Below, piece after piece: positions 1 through 13,188 of a DNA stretch of 64,000 bases. This DNA is from Azolla caroliniana (taxonomy: Eukaryota; Plantae; Polypodiophyta), in NCBI GenBank assembly GCA_043228905.1, contig JBHGNT010000002.1, positions 23,684,001 to 23,748,000 of the forward strand, given 5' to 3'. Position 1 is the stretch's first letter, and each line of letters starts with the position of its first letter. The notes under the pieces are model-generated. The model worked only from the letters and a program-made list of their open reading frames with translations. It had not been told where the DNA came from and did not search any database. The position numbers and the translations under genes were made by a program.

Positions 1-599
1 GAATACCACAAATATTACGGATGTCGAATCTCAAGAATATCACGCATGGGTCAATCTATGTCCGTATGTATGCCCCTACTGAAACATAGTTTGAAACGTA
101 TCAACATATGCCCCTTACAATAAAATGAAAGCAAGGGCCTTTTTCTCTTTTATTCCTTAACCATAAAGCAAGAGTTTAAATATTACTATTTAACTTAAGC
201 TTTGACGTACATATAATACTTGGCTAATTTAAAGGAAAATAGTCACAAACATAATTACTCTTGAATTTTTGCATAATTATGATGCTAAAATTTTAGCTTT
301 AAAATGTGTAAAAATCTTGGCGCGCACTACATACTTAACGCCAATGGTCTTCTTGACATGATGCACTGGCCACAACATTTCTCTAAGAACATTAAACAAA
401 TGATGTTTGTAAAAATAGTGATTTGATCGATTGTTGTTGTTGTTATTGTAAAGCACACTTGGGATGATTATGATTCCACATGGTGCCAATGCAACCCATG
501 TATGTCATTGTTTTCAGTGATGAAGTGCACTTGTATCAATTCACATTGTGTTTACCAAGATTACAACTCGATCATGTATATTTGATTGTCCCTTGAATG

Positions 600-2350
600 T
601 GTTGTTAATGATAAATAAATGTGTCACGAGGTTAACATGTCATACCTTGAAATCATGAAGGGTTTATTATAATTTTTCTTTAAAATATAGTGTTGTTTTT
701 TCCAAAATTGGTGAGTTTTTAGACAAGCAAAGGAGTGCAAAAAAGGCTCTTTCTCATTTATACCGTGCACTCTATTTCGTTACACATGGAAAGATCTCAA
801 CATAGATTCTATATAAAATTATGCTCATCATTTGTGTTTCACTTGTGGATCTACTTTATGTCTCATTTGTCCTTCAATTTGTTATAAATGCCGAATCTAT
901 GTTGCATATTAAGTATTATGTGATCATTTCCATGATGTGCGATATCACACAAAGAGATGATTTGCAATGTACATAGTGTCACGCATTTTTGTGCACAGAA
1001 GAATCCTCTAGAAGGGAAGGTAATTCTATAACTAAAGAAACAATATAGAAACGTGAGTTGATAAAAACTTGGAGAAAGTGAATCTTTTGGCCTAGAAATA
1101 ATGCCCTTGAAAAACTTACAATGAAACTTTTGAAAAACCCACAAGTCAAACATATAATATTTTTTTGTAGTCTCATTTCTATCATTCACCTTATCTCACG
1201 AAGATGAGAATTATAAGGCTTTATTCAAAAAGCAATTGACATTGTAAATGCAATTATTTTGATGCATTAAGAAAAACACCAAAATTAAACGATATAGAGA
1301 GGTTTTATGTTTTATTGCGAACATGTGTAAAATGTTGATTTTCAAAAGTATTTGATTGTAAGGTGACTCCTATTCTAAGATACTTGGGAATAGTATAGCC
1401 CTTAAGGCATCTAATGGCCTAATTTGATCACTTTCACATGTTATGGGATTATCAACTTTCTTTTGCAAGGGCATGTAGTGAGAGTAAGATCCACACAATC
1501 ATCACTAAGAGAATGAATTAAACTCTTCTAGAATATCACAATGCATAATTTGAAGGGCCTCTTCTTAGATGGCAATGATTTCTTAGGTATATAATCTTTG
1601 GGGTTGTTTTGATAGAATTAGGTTACATCCATACAATGAAGATGCTCACATGTAGATTTCACGGAGGTCATGGGGACAACCCATCAAAAGATATCCTATA
1701 CTTACAACATCATATATATTCACTCTAGGGAGGGGGTATCATGTAAGTTTGATAAAGGGGAAGGAATGGACCAAACTTTTACACATTAATGACAAACAAA
1801 AGGATACGCTTTCGAAGGGTGTGGTCTAGTCGCATAACGAGCAATAGATGTGTGTTTATGTATGAAATTCCAAAGACCATAGGCTTGTTAAATAGGCTTT
1901 GAAGGCACATGAAACATTATACAATTTACATGTGGTTACCTCTTCAATCACGTTTGATTATCACATCACAAGCACCTTTACAACCTTATCCATATTGAGA
2001 GATGCCAACTTCAACACGCCGTAGTTTAAATAATTGCATTTGGGGGAGCTCTAAATTTGTGCCAATGATTCTCAACCTACAAAGAACTAGGAACGGATAG
2101 TTTTAGACACGATTTTTCTACAAAAATCATATTTATCGGACAGAAGTGGAAGTGCATAGGTGGGGAGGGATAAGGAGTTGGACTTGGGCCTAAATAATCT
2201 TTACACCTAAAGATCATATAAAATTAGGGAATATCTTCAACAAGTGGTATCCATGCTTGAGACATGTGGAATCCAAAAACATTAGCTCAATCCATCTGAT
2301 GACACTAATCACAAGATTTAGGTCAAGTACTGGATAACAATATATGAATT
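600..2350 (+). mobile_element. Highly decayed DNA-transposase remnant, possibly Mutator-like (MULE)
   Basis: No intact ORF. Fragmentary translation gives a C-x2-H motif (LTCRFHG, ~1646-1665), as in MULE transposases. The string aaggtgactcctatt (1361) recurs at 45361 in a similar decayed region. Confidence 0.3.
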
Positions 2351-2833
2351 TTCATAGAATCTTTAGACAATGAATATGATGTAGAGGAGAGAGAACAAGT
2401 GTCAGGCTCATACATATCTATATCCTTCATAATACAAATATTAAAGAAAACAGTACACATGGAAAAAGCTGTGCAAAAATAAAAATAAACTTACAATACC
2501 ATGGAATGGGCAAATAATTATTTTGGAGTTACGATATTGAAACAAACCATAAAAACATACAAATGAAGTACTAAGTGAAAGAATTGATTTGGAGCTCAAT
2601 ATTGAAATAAACTGAATATACAAAGCGTAGTCACTATAGTCTCCTGTCCCATTATTTTCAATAACACAAATAATATGTACATGTTTGCCTTTTGCAACAA
2701 TGACTAGGTTCTGCAATATACAAGCATTGTGTTGAGTGATCATGTTCCCATTTTAAAAATAAAAAAACATGAAACTAAAACCCATTTTTTGTTTCTTTTA
2801 TCACCACTCTTTGATCAAGATTTTGAGCTACTC

Positions 2834-2835
<2 letters not shown>

Positions 2836-2879
<44 letters not shown>
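2836..2879. repeat. (AG)n microsatellite just downstream of the UBE4 stop codon
   Basis: Perfect AG dinucleotide run. Confidence 0.95.
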
Positions 2880-2882
<3 letters not shown>

Positions 2883-3047
2883 GAAGTAGATTTCATGGGT
2901 TTTATTTTTCGTTTTTCACATACGGATAATCAGATATATAATAAGAAGAACAGAGGAACTCACTGGAAGTTTTTCCCGTATCCGAAATTACCGAGAGCAT
3001 TACGGACATATTTTACTTATTCTCCACACATAAAATTCAATTTTGTC

Positions 3048-6000
3048 TCATTTGATGCCATGTGACTTTATATATGCATCTATTTGAGCCTTCAATTCCG
3101 TATTAGGAATCAACATGTCTGGTGTCAGTAAGGATCGATTAAAGGGATCGGTCTGCATACAATTGATAAATAAATAAACATGTGATAGGAAATGACGATT
3201 TAGATGCATACACTAATAATCTCTACATATTATATATATATTCTTTATCACATATATTTTACCTGATCACTCAGTAAATGCCTCTGTATGGTAGCCCTAT
3301 CAACAGTAGTTTTTGAAGAAGGGAGGATCACAGGATCTCTCATTAGTGTATACTGCAACCAGACAAAAGGCATAAGAAACATATACTACTATGCTTCTTT
3401 ATCAAGATCTATGTTCCCGCTACAAGTTTTTCCATATCTTAAAAGTAAATTTCAATAAATCAAAGTTTCAGTTCAATTTAGAAAGGAAGCAAAGTCTTAT
3501 TTCGTGTTCTTACATAATGTTATTCAATCTTCATGAAACATATTCTTTATCTATGATTTAATCAAACTTGCTTAGCATATGCTTATTGCTTTAGTAATAC
3601 TTGCTGGGAACATCCAAATATGTTTAAATAGAATATGATTAAAAATATTATTACACCTAATAAAACTTGTGGAAGGTTGAGGGATTAAGGACTCAATTAC
3701 CTGTATTGGGTCTAAAAATTCATCGGGAATGTCCCCAAGCATTGCCTCAGTATCCAACGCTTCCACAGCCGCAGCTTTAGCCTTTTCACTCAAGACTTTG
3801 AAGTCTTGTATAACATTTTCTGGCACGCTTCCAAGACGATGCAAGAGATCCAAAGCCTCCTTGAAGAGCTGCATGATTGATATTATAGAGACAGCATTAT
3901 TCATAATGCAATTAGAGTTTCAAATGCAAAGGTTCAAAGAGGCACTGCAATTTATTTACCTCTTCTCGATATGATCTACCATCACTGGATATCGCTTTAG
4001 CAAATGTATCAGTTTTATCACCCCGGGCAAGGTTGACATATATATCAACAATCTTGACATTGGCCAAAAACGAAATTATACATTATTCATGACCCGATAT
4101 ACAAAATATTAAACTTACTTTAGGCAATGTGTCACTTTCACCAATGTACATATATACCAACAATCTTAATATTGCCCAGAAACTAAAATTAAGCAAGCAT
4201 TCCTGATCCAAAATAGAAAAATTAAACTTGATTAAAAATGTTTTCACATTTTATAGCCACATGCACGTCATGTCAATAATCTTAACATTGCTGAAAAACA
4301 AGACCAGATATCAATCGTGGGCCAAGGTGCAAAAACAATAAGAACATAGTTACACAACCTTTATATCTTAATCTCAATGAAATGGTAAAGAAGAGGTTCA
4401 GGGAAAATCAACCTGTGAAAGCAGTTCTTTGGGCCGAAACTCATACTTTTCTGGATCTTTGACCTTCAGAGCCCTTCTCTCTGGTCCAACTAGCTGTAAT
4501 AGAAAGTAGTTCAACATCGATGCTATTCTTTCTACCTGCAAACATTTTCAAAACTGAGAACCCGCATCATATCCATGTATCACTGAATTCATCTCTTCAT
4601 CACATTGTCAGTGCATATAAAATACCAGCTCTGGTAAGAGAAATGCCCCGGTGATTTCCGCAGATGTGTACTGCATCATTTTCACATCTTCATTGGCCAG
4701 CATCATGTCAAAACGTACATGCTATACATAAAAAGCCAAAGGAAGCAAGGATTAAAGTTATAAAAAGCTCATAAAAAGGAAAATATGTATATAGATAGAT
4801 AGATTGCAATACAGATTCCTGTTGCCGAAATTGACGGGTTCGTTCTTGCCGTTCCTGTGCAGGTCTCCTCTCCCATTCGGCTGTATTAGACATTTCAAGT
4901 TCCAATTCCTTCAGCTCAGGGATTCTTTTCAAGCTCTCGTCAAGCAAAAAGATGCTATCATTTATGAGAAGGTTCAAGAATCTCAAGTAAAATCCTTTCT
5001 CCTCCTTACTAGCAATCTACAAAGAACACACATAGCAGGAGTTTAAACTAGAATTCTAATTAGAATACATTAGGCAAGATTTCATTCATTTCTTTCATTG
5101 ATCTTCAAGATTAGAAATCCTTGTAAGATGTAGACTTTGTCGAATCTCGTTGTTCATTATGGTTTTCCTAGAGAGGATAATACATCTTGATTGTTTCTTT
5201 CTTTCTCAAAATCAATGCAATGTTTGTTACTCACCATTTTCCAAGCATTCCGATGACTGGGTACCGTCCACAGGTATTCAAGGAGTTCTGATATATTATG
5301 ACGAATATTGAACTTGTCATAAAACTGAGTACATAGGCCACAAAATGAGTGTCACGCATCATACTATCAATAGACAGATATATTCACTGGTACTTTTTAT
5401 TAGACAAACCTGAGTGTGTGAACCAGTAAATTCAATATCAACATATAGCTTCAGAAGATTTGGAACTAGACATTCCAAAGCAAGCTGATGACCCTCAAAA
5501 AGTGAGGACATTGAACTGCTCTGCATTGGTGAGAACGAACTACAAAATGCAATAAAAGCAGGTGTAAGAACAACCTCTACTTTCCTCTCACAGTCCAGAA
5601 AGTGAACAAATATTGTACCTCTTTTGCGGCATCCAGGCATTTAGAACTTCCACCATTTTTGCCCTCAAGTAAGGATTTTTTATATGTAATGGACTCCCCA
5701 TAAACATGACTATGAAGCTCATGAACTCATCCTGAATTACACAACAAAAATAAAGGCATCTATATCCATGATGTAAAACGTATAACATCAATGATGTATC
5801 ACTTAACAAGAACAAATTTGTCGATTAGATAGAGTTATTGTTGACAATATATTACTCACCAATACAACACCATCCAATGCTCTGGGAATTCTTGAAGAGA
5901 ATAGAAGCAGTTCCATAGCATCTTCAATGAAATGTTCAGGCATCGATGCAAAGACCATGGGGCATTCCACTGGCAGGGGCATCTGAAACCCGCCAACTAG

Positions 6001-9000
6001 ACCAACAAGCCATAATATCATTAACCTGTAGTAGGTGAGACCTTGCTGCAGCAATTCCACATCCTACATAGATTCATAAATTAAGTCATTATTTAGAGCA
6101 ACAAAGATGGAGATTTCTCTTTACATGAAAGAACAAATAGAATTCCAGAAATGAAACATAGGTTTACATTAATTCTTAATTAAGATACACGGTTTTCACA
6201 AGAAATCAAAACTCACCTTTAAGATTTGAGCTTCATAGCAAAACCTGGCTTGTGAAAGTTTCTCAATTATGGACTCAAGTTCCGTTATATTCTGCTCTAA
6301 TTGAGGAGGTGAGCCAGGTCCTCTCATAGCTTGCAATGCGGCCAAAGCCTCCTTTTGCCTCGAATAATCCTTTAGATTCATGATCAAGTCAGTATATCAG
6401 CTATACTAGCCAAAGAATTTTGGGAGTTCTTAGTAAATACTAACTGAGATTGAACAATTTCAAAAGTATATACCTGCATTACGAGTTTAAAATCTGACAA
6501 AGCTTTAAGAAGCCCCAAATTGAGAACTCTTGCTGTCAAGAAGAAGCATTCACAGATGAATGAGTACTTTTGAGGAGGAGGAGGAGTGGAGGTTGAAGGA
6601 GATGCAGATGTCGATGTGCCATTGCTTGATGTCATAGTTTGGTGTGACACCAAGCGTTGGCGTTCTTCTTGCTCCATCCGTAATTGAGCTTGCCGAAAAC
6701 CTTCAACACGAGCATAATTTTCTTTATCAACCCATTTTGCTACCTCCTCCGATGTAGCATGGATAGCAGTGAGACCACTATTTTGTGAATGTCAACCAGT
6801 TGCCAAAGTATCATCAGCCAATCCAATACATAAAATATTAAATATTTCATATACAATGTCATGCATGTTAAGCAACCACTCAAGTTGTTTTCCGCATAAT
6901 GTTTGCACTTTGCACCCGTAAGTGGATAGCCAGTGATTGAGATGTATTCAATTTTTGTTCCTGTATGTCATTATCCTATCCCTAACCTTCCACAATGTTA
7001 TACTGTCCCATCACCAATATATCATACCCAACTGCTTGCTTCTCAGCTGTAGCATCACTGCTACTTCTCCTTTTGTTTATATCTGACAATTATTGATGTA
7101 TCAAATGTAAACACTTTAGACTAATTATTCATATGCCATTTTGGCCTTTTGCAGATGTTATTACTACATTTTATTTAGTAGTCTCCCATGGAGTCTCCAT
7201 AGCTGTTTTATGGCATCAGCCAATATTCAAAAACGGAAACGATATTATGCTTGCAGATTTTTGTCCTGATCTCTAGGCTTCTCTGTTTCCTACAGAGCTT
7301 GGAAAGGCATAATATCTTCCCCAAGTTCTCCCACTTGAGATTTGCTTTCATATCTCTATCTGCTCTGGACTCGATGAGATGTTTTGATTTTAATTTGTAT
7401 TATATGCTTCATGGGATGGAGCATTTTTCTTTCTATAGCTAACTGTATAATGGATGCTGCTAAATGTTTTAAGGTTAAGTTTTGGCATGCATCAAATGTG
7501 AAGTTCTGAAGGTTAAGCTTTTCTTATGTCTAAGCACCATGTGGCATGTCTTTGCAATATTAGACCACAAAAGCAATCTCCTTTATTCTGGTTAGGTTCT
7601 TCATAGTTTGAAATGGTTTGCACCATGGGATGTAGATGAGCTCTTAAAAGTAGCTTTTGGTCTCATTGGCCTTTCGAAAAATTTAATTTAACATTTCCTT
7701 TCATCTTTCTCTCCTTCAGTATTTACATATAAGGAAACCACTCACCTGAAATCAACCCGTGCTTTATGAAGAATATATGATGCATCAATCTTATCTCTCT
7801 TTGAGAAGGAGGCATCCAAAAATGGTTCACAAAGTTTGAGCATCACTGCACTTAGGCTAACAAACATACCCGAGCTCGCACACCTATATGGATCAACCTA
7901 TTCACAAACAGAGTAAATATTCTTAGCACATAAAACCATCACTTTAAAATACAAGGGAAAGGGAAGAGCAATCTACACACCTGGATCTGACTCCTGCCAG
8001 CATTCTTCTCAATCAAATCTGCTAGGTACATCAAGACATGTTCTCGTGTATTTGAAGTTTTTAACAATTTCAGTAGGACCTCGTGCAAACCATCATAGAG
8101 TTGATGCATGATATTTTTTATAGTGGAGAAAGAGGCCAAAAGATCAGCACTGCGGCGGCTTGAAGCCTCCGAGAAACATTGCTGCCTGCAAACATACACA
8201 ATATGCTTGGTTAATATATGCTTAAAAGCACACAGCATACCATACTATAAAAAAGTTAATAAGAAACATATAGTATTATAAACCAGTCAAAATATTGCTG
8301 CCTGTAAAGATACATAACATGCTTGGTTAACATATGCTTAAAAAGCAGCATATCACAGTGAATACGAGTGCAGTAACACAGTCCTGGTGATTATAGTATT
8401 CATAAAGCATATTAGTTCAAATTTACTACTAGTAGCAACACTAAGTCATATTTTCCATTACTCAACATTAGGTTCATCGTTGGCAAAGACTGGGCAGCGG
8501 GTTGTCCACAAAACCACTAATTTGGAAACACAGACTCAGTAAAGAACATGGCTTTGGCTATTTAAGATATCGGTTATAGTGGTGTTTGCGCATCAAAGGT
8601 CACTTCTGAAACCTAGGTCGATAGACCCATTCTAGTTAATAATCATATCTCTAAATGCTAACACAACCCTGACATGAATGCATCATCTACCTCTACACAG
8701 GTGTTAGTAATGTTCACAAAGTAGATTACCCCACATCTACTATTATTAGGGAATTTACATTAAGATTTTCAGTTATCCAGCATTCACATCAGTATTACTA
8801 GGGAAAATAAAGTAAGATTTTCAATCATAGAATATCTTACTTTATTTTCCCTATGATTGAACATTTAAGACCTTACCTTGTATGATCGAGTTATCACCTT
8901 AAAATAACTCGACCAGACAAGGTAAGGTCCTAAATGGGTCAACATTAGGTTTGCCATTTCCAAATATCAGGTTGTCCAAAATGACACTGATTTGGAAAAA

Positions 9001-10185
9001 GGGACCCAGCATACTCTTGATTTGAGGGCATAGTTATAGCCCTTGGCCATACTAAGCATATAGCTATTTTGAATATTGGCATCATTGCGGTAACATATCC
9101 CTAGAATAAAAGCATTATCTACCTCCTCATTGGTGATTGTGTTAACAAAGCATTTATCTAAATGAGATTCTCATAATACATTATCCAGCATGAGATTTAA
9201 GTAAATAACCCAACATTCTCAAAGTAATATTGCAAAGTAGATTACCCAACATTAGACTTTTAAAGCAATGTAATAAAGTACATTACCCAACATTAGGTTC
9301 GCCATTTCCAAAGATTGGGTTGTCAGGAATAACACTGATGTGGAAAAAGGGGCCCAAGATACTGTTCATTTCGAGGACCCGACCAGTGATATTTGTGCCT
9401 TTGGGAAGCCAATTTGGGTGGTTCACCAACACTTTTGCAACAGAATGATATGAAACCAACATTATCAACGTCTTGAGAGGTATTTGGAAAGGACCCAAAG
9501 GAGAGACTCGTGTCACACTACTGCGAAGATCATCAAATGCAGGTCTCCAAATATTCTCAAAGCCCGATTCATTCTCGAATCTCTTGATAAAATGGTCAAG
9601 AAAACCCGATGGCAATGTATGGTTATGACTATTACTGTCTATTCCATTAGTGTGAGAATTGGTGTTACCGATGATGACACTTACAATTGATTGCTTAAAT
9701 GGAGACGAAACCGGGGCATCTTTATTTAGCAGTGAAGGGAACATATCGGGTTGTTCGAACATGATACCAACATAAGAGACAGTTAGTTCTTTTACCTGGG
9801 ATATGGAATCTAGAATCTCCGATGAGATTCTCTTGTCCTTCATCCCTTGAACCTTGCGAGATTCCTCAACCGATCTCCGATAGCACCCAAGAAGGTACAT
9901 GATCGCTGACTCTGGGCTGTGAGAATGGTTGTAGAGACGATCAAACAGCACTCTTTCCAGAACATCTCGAGAGAGAGCGAGCGGTTTGCTCTCACTAAGG
10001 AGCTCTGCTGCGAGCTGCTCTAAATATACGGGCGAGTTATTAGGGCTAGAATCAGGGTGAGGGGTGGGGTTAGGGTTAGGGTTAGGGTTTTTCTGTGGAG
10101 GTGGGTCCGTGTAGGAGAGTGTGACGTTGAGTATTCTTCGAAGAGCAAAGTCTTCGGTCTCTGCTGCGCTTCTTCCAGGCGCCAT
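3048..10185 (-). CDS. UFD2: Ubiquitin conjugation factor E4 / U-box E3-E4 ligase (UFD2/UBE4, plant PUB1/MUSE3 type); 16 exons, ~1042 aa
   Basis: Exons (minus): 10185-9287, 8185-7981, 7897-7746, 6777-6474, 6369-6217, 6063-5860, 5731-5619, 5539-5410, 5324-5235, 5016-4813, 4721-4626, 4535-4413, 4052-3960, 3868-3701, 3352-3263, 3152-3048. All introns are GT-AG with consistent phases; total 3129 nt. Ufd2 core motifs include [34 protein letters not shown] and [16 protein letters not shown]. The C-terminal U-box reads [23 protein letters not shown]...[10 protein letters not shown]. Confidence 0.96.
4031..4330. repeat. Degenerate ~115-bp tandem repeat (3 copies) spanning the UBE4 exon-13 acceptor
   Basis: caacaatcttgacattggcc (~4047), caacaatcttaatattgccc (~4158), caataatcttaacattgctg (~4274). 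Confidence 0.7.
8799..8935. repeat. Two adjacent short inverted repeats (hairpins) in UBE4 intron 1
   Basis: tagggaaaataaagtaagat (8799) pairs perfectly over 20 bp with atcttactttattttcccta (ends 8853). catttaagaccttaccttgtatgatcgagttat (8862) pairs over 33 bp, with 3 mismatches, with ataactcgaccagacaaggtaaggtcctaaatg. Confidence 0.85.
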
Positions 10186-10218
10186 GGCTGGGCAAGCAAG
10201 CAAGAGCTTTGAAGAACA

Positions 10219-10246
10219 GAGGAGGAGGAGGAGGAGGAGGAGGAGG
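10219..10246. repeat. (GAG)n/(CCT)n trinucleotide repeat in the UBE4 5' UTR
   Basis: Run lies ~35-60 bp upstream of the ATG at 10185. Confidence 0.85.
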
Positions 10247-10569
10247 AAAGAAGGAAAAATAATAATGACTATAGTCTATGTATACATATATAAATTATGT
10301 TTGTGTGCTTTTCATATTCTTGTCCCCCTCACAAGCACCAAAAGGCTTCATTCCTTCCGGAGTTTGTATATAATTTGCCTTGCCTGGCCAGGCCAGGCCA
10401 GGCCAAACGGTGGCAGAAATGAAGAAGATGGTGAGAGATATGTACAACATGCATCTATAACCCTCACACGTGAGATGGATGGATGGATGGACAGATACAG
10501 ATACAGATACAACACAATTGAATATCTCTCGAATGATGATGCCCATCCGTGACCTCCTCGCCAGGAAAC

Positions 10570-11010
10570 TCTGATGAAGATCATCAGCCTACAAACTTGT
10601 TACTTGTCTGGTCATCACACGTCATTCTAAAGAAGGCAAGCAACCCATTGATGTAGGCCATCGCCCCATCGGCACCTTGTTTGGATAGGCCTCTCTCGCT
10701 TAGAAGATAAGTACATGATTTTGTTGAAAGAATGCGGAGCCCAACACTGAATCTGAAGATCTCGTCAGCAGCCTACAAACTTGTTACTTGTCTGGTCGTC
10801 ACACGTCATTCTAAAGAAGGCATATAGCCCATTGATATAGGCCATGGTCCCATTGGCACCTTGTTTGGGCAGCCTCTCCCTTAGAAGATCTACATGGTTT
10901 TGTTAAAAAGAATGCAGAGCCCCAACTCCTCTCATTAGCCACAATCTTGTTACTTGGTCAGTCGTCAAGGGTCGTTCAAGCGGCAGCCCAAAGATAGGCA
11001 GGCCATCGCC
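10570..11010. repeat. ~184-bp direct tandem duplication plus a partial third copy upstream of UBE4
   Basis: cagcctacaaacttgttacttgtctggtc at 10585 and 10769; partial copy at ~10935. Confidence 0.85.
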
Positions 11011-11051
11011 AATCAACATCTCGTTTGGTTGACCTTTAATCTAGTGGATGA

Positions 11052-12343
11052 TGTCGTGAAGATCCGTCACTACGTGTGGATCGTGAAGCGGAACCGTCGG
11101 GGTTCTGGACTAGAAGGATTTAAAGTTTGCACTAGCTTTGGCGAGAAAGTATTTAAGAGAGATTGAGAGAGATTGATATGACGAAAGAGAAATATTGAGA
11201 TCAAGATTGAACTTTTAACTTTTAGATTTAAGAGAGAATATACATCAACAATAGGATTACAAGTTTCTTATTTTTCCCAAATTTTTCATTAGTTTTTCCT
11301 TGCTTGATTCCTCCACTCTTTTATAGATGCCCCCATGCATATGCTGCATGTGAGCGTGTAAGACATGCGTGTAATGCATGCTTGCCATGTCATCATCTAA
11401 GCTCTCGTGTATGAGAATTACAAGTAAAAGTATAATGATAAAATTATAGCTTTTAAGAAAATGACTCGGCTTAGTGGTAAGTCTATTGCCTCCTATCTTG
11501 GAGGTGTAAGGTTCAAGCCTTGCCCACATCCCTTCTAAAACACAAAATACTACTTTTGGTCTTATATTTAACACCGATAATCTTCAAAACACCATGCACT
11601 GCAATCAACTGACCATGTAATCATCTAAGCTCTCATGTATGAGAATTACATGTAAAACTATAATGATAAAATTATAATTTTTTAAGAAAATGACTTGGCT
11701 TAGTGGTAAGTCTATTGCCCCTTATCTTGGAGGTGCAAGGTTCAAGCCTTGCTCATATCCCTTTTAAAACACAAAATACTACTTATGGTCTTGTATTTAC
11801 ACCGAAAATCTTCAAAATACCATGCACTGCGATCAACCGACCGGTTCAATCCAATCTCGATCTGATCTTGTCCGTCGCCATCCGGTCCCGATCTTGGTCG
11901 TCGGTTGCCATCTCGCCGGATTTGTCCGGTCACCCAAAACCTTTACAAGTAGTTAGGCCACACCCATTCATCTAGTTAGTTTAGCTCAAGTCACCTTGAA
12001 CATTCTATGATCCACTCATAAACACAAAGTAATAGATTTTGGCCCTGCTTATATAATTTGGGATCCTTATTTATTCTGTCTATGTGGGATATCTCATAGC
12101 TTTGTTTTTTCTCTTCTTCTTCACAAACTTCATACCCACATAACTTGCCACTTAGTTGACCGTTTCTTGTGTGGTAAAGTGTATTCGAAAGCTCTTGAAG
12201 ACCTCCTTCTTTTTGTACCAAGATATTAAACTAGTATAAAATAGTATATTCACTATTATTGTTTTATGTTGTGTGTGAAGAACCACACTTGATTTTGTAC
12301 ATTTCATGCAATTTTCACACCGTTGCCGAAAATCTTCACGACA
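11052..12343 (-). mobile_element. Solo LTR (1292 bp) of the same lineage as the 52748-57840 element, with an internal ~229-bp tandem duplication
   Basis: Perfect 12-bp terminal inverted repeat tgtcgtgaagat/atcttcacgaca. 4-bp TSD atga (11048-11051)/acga (12344-12347). The motif gcggaaccgtcggggttctggactag matches gcgggaccacgggggtcttggactag at 52780 and 57102. TATA-like ctataaaag on the minus strand at ~11326. Confidence 0.85.
11465..11530 (+). promoter_or_regulatory. tRNA-like Pol III A-box/B-box cassette inside the solo LTR (second copy ~11694-11760)
   Basis: A-box-like ggcttagtggtaag and B-box-like ggttcaagcc with tRNA-like spacing. Not a complete cloverleaf. Confidence 0.55.
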
Positions 12344-12892
12344 ACGATCTACATGAAGGATGTGGAGCCCCACTCCAACCCTATTTGTTCAACTCACTCT
12401 CCCACGTCCTCTCTTTCCATGGATGTTGCAAGTGATTGTGTCTCGTGTACAAAAAAAAAAACACAATTATTTTGAAAGTAATAGCTCAATAAAATGGGTC
12501 ACAAGCTTTCCATCATGAGAAGGAACACACCTTTCAAATTCAGAAGACACCCCATCACTCTCTCATCAAAGACAATTTGTTGACCAACATTATCCTTTGA
12601 TTTAGGTAAATTAGTTTATCAAGAGGTTGAGGGCATCCCATATTGCCTCTTGTTGAGCTTTCACATATTTATTTGTATGGAGAAATTTTAAGAGTTGGCT
12701 TAAGTTACGAGCATCTCAAAACTAGTAGAAATTCATGCATCATATATTTCAATCTTCATTCCTTCTGACTAGTTTAACAAAGATTTTGTGATTTGAATAG
12801 TATTGGAGTATGAAGTTTGGTTTGTAGTTATCAGAGCTCAATAAATGCCTTTTTTAGTTTTATTTTACTAGTGGGAAATCAAAGTAAGGAGT

Positions 12893-13029
12893 ATCGGGGA
12901 TAGTAGTAGAGGCCAAGACAATTAGTACTAAGGATAGAGGAGAAGAATGAGGATTAGCAACGTCGGTCTTAAGTCTCCTAGTTGTTCTTGTATCTTTCTT
13001 CATATAATATAATATACTTCTTGTTGTCA

Positions 13030-13095
<66 letters not shown>

Positions 13096-13188
13096 TTCTC
13101 ACACACTCTTTCCCTTCTTAGTACTAATCCTCATTCTTCTCCTCTATCTTTAATACTAATTCTCCTTACCTCTAGTACTATCCTTGAT
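12893..13188. repeat. Inverted repeat with ~65-bp arms (12893-12956 / 13125-13188) enclosing a (CT)n microsatellite (13033-13091)
   Basis: tagtactaaggatagaggagaagaatgaggattag pairs with ctaatcctcattcttctcctctatctttaatacta. Confidence 0.8.

Noticed and set aside
5515-5522. Alternative NAG acceptors for UBE4 exon 8
   Set aside because: The upstream tttgtag acceptor (5540-5541) is in phase and has a better pyrimidine tract. The tgcag at 5521 would shift the frame.
10066-10090. (TTAGGG)n telomere-like repeat
   Set aside because: Only 3-4 units, and they encode the NPNPNP low-complexity stretch of UBE4 exon 1 on the minus strand.
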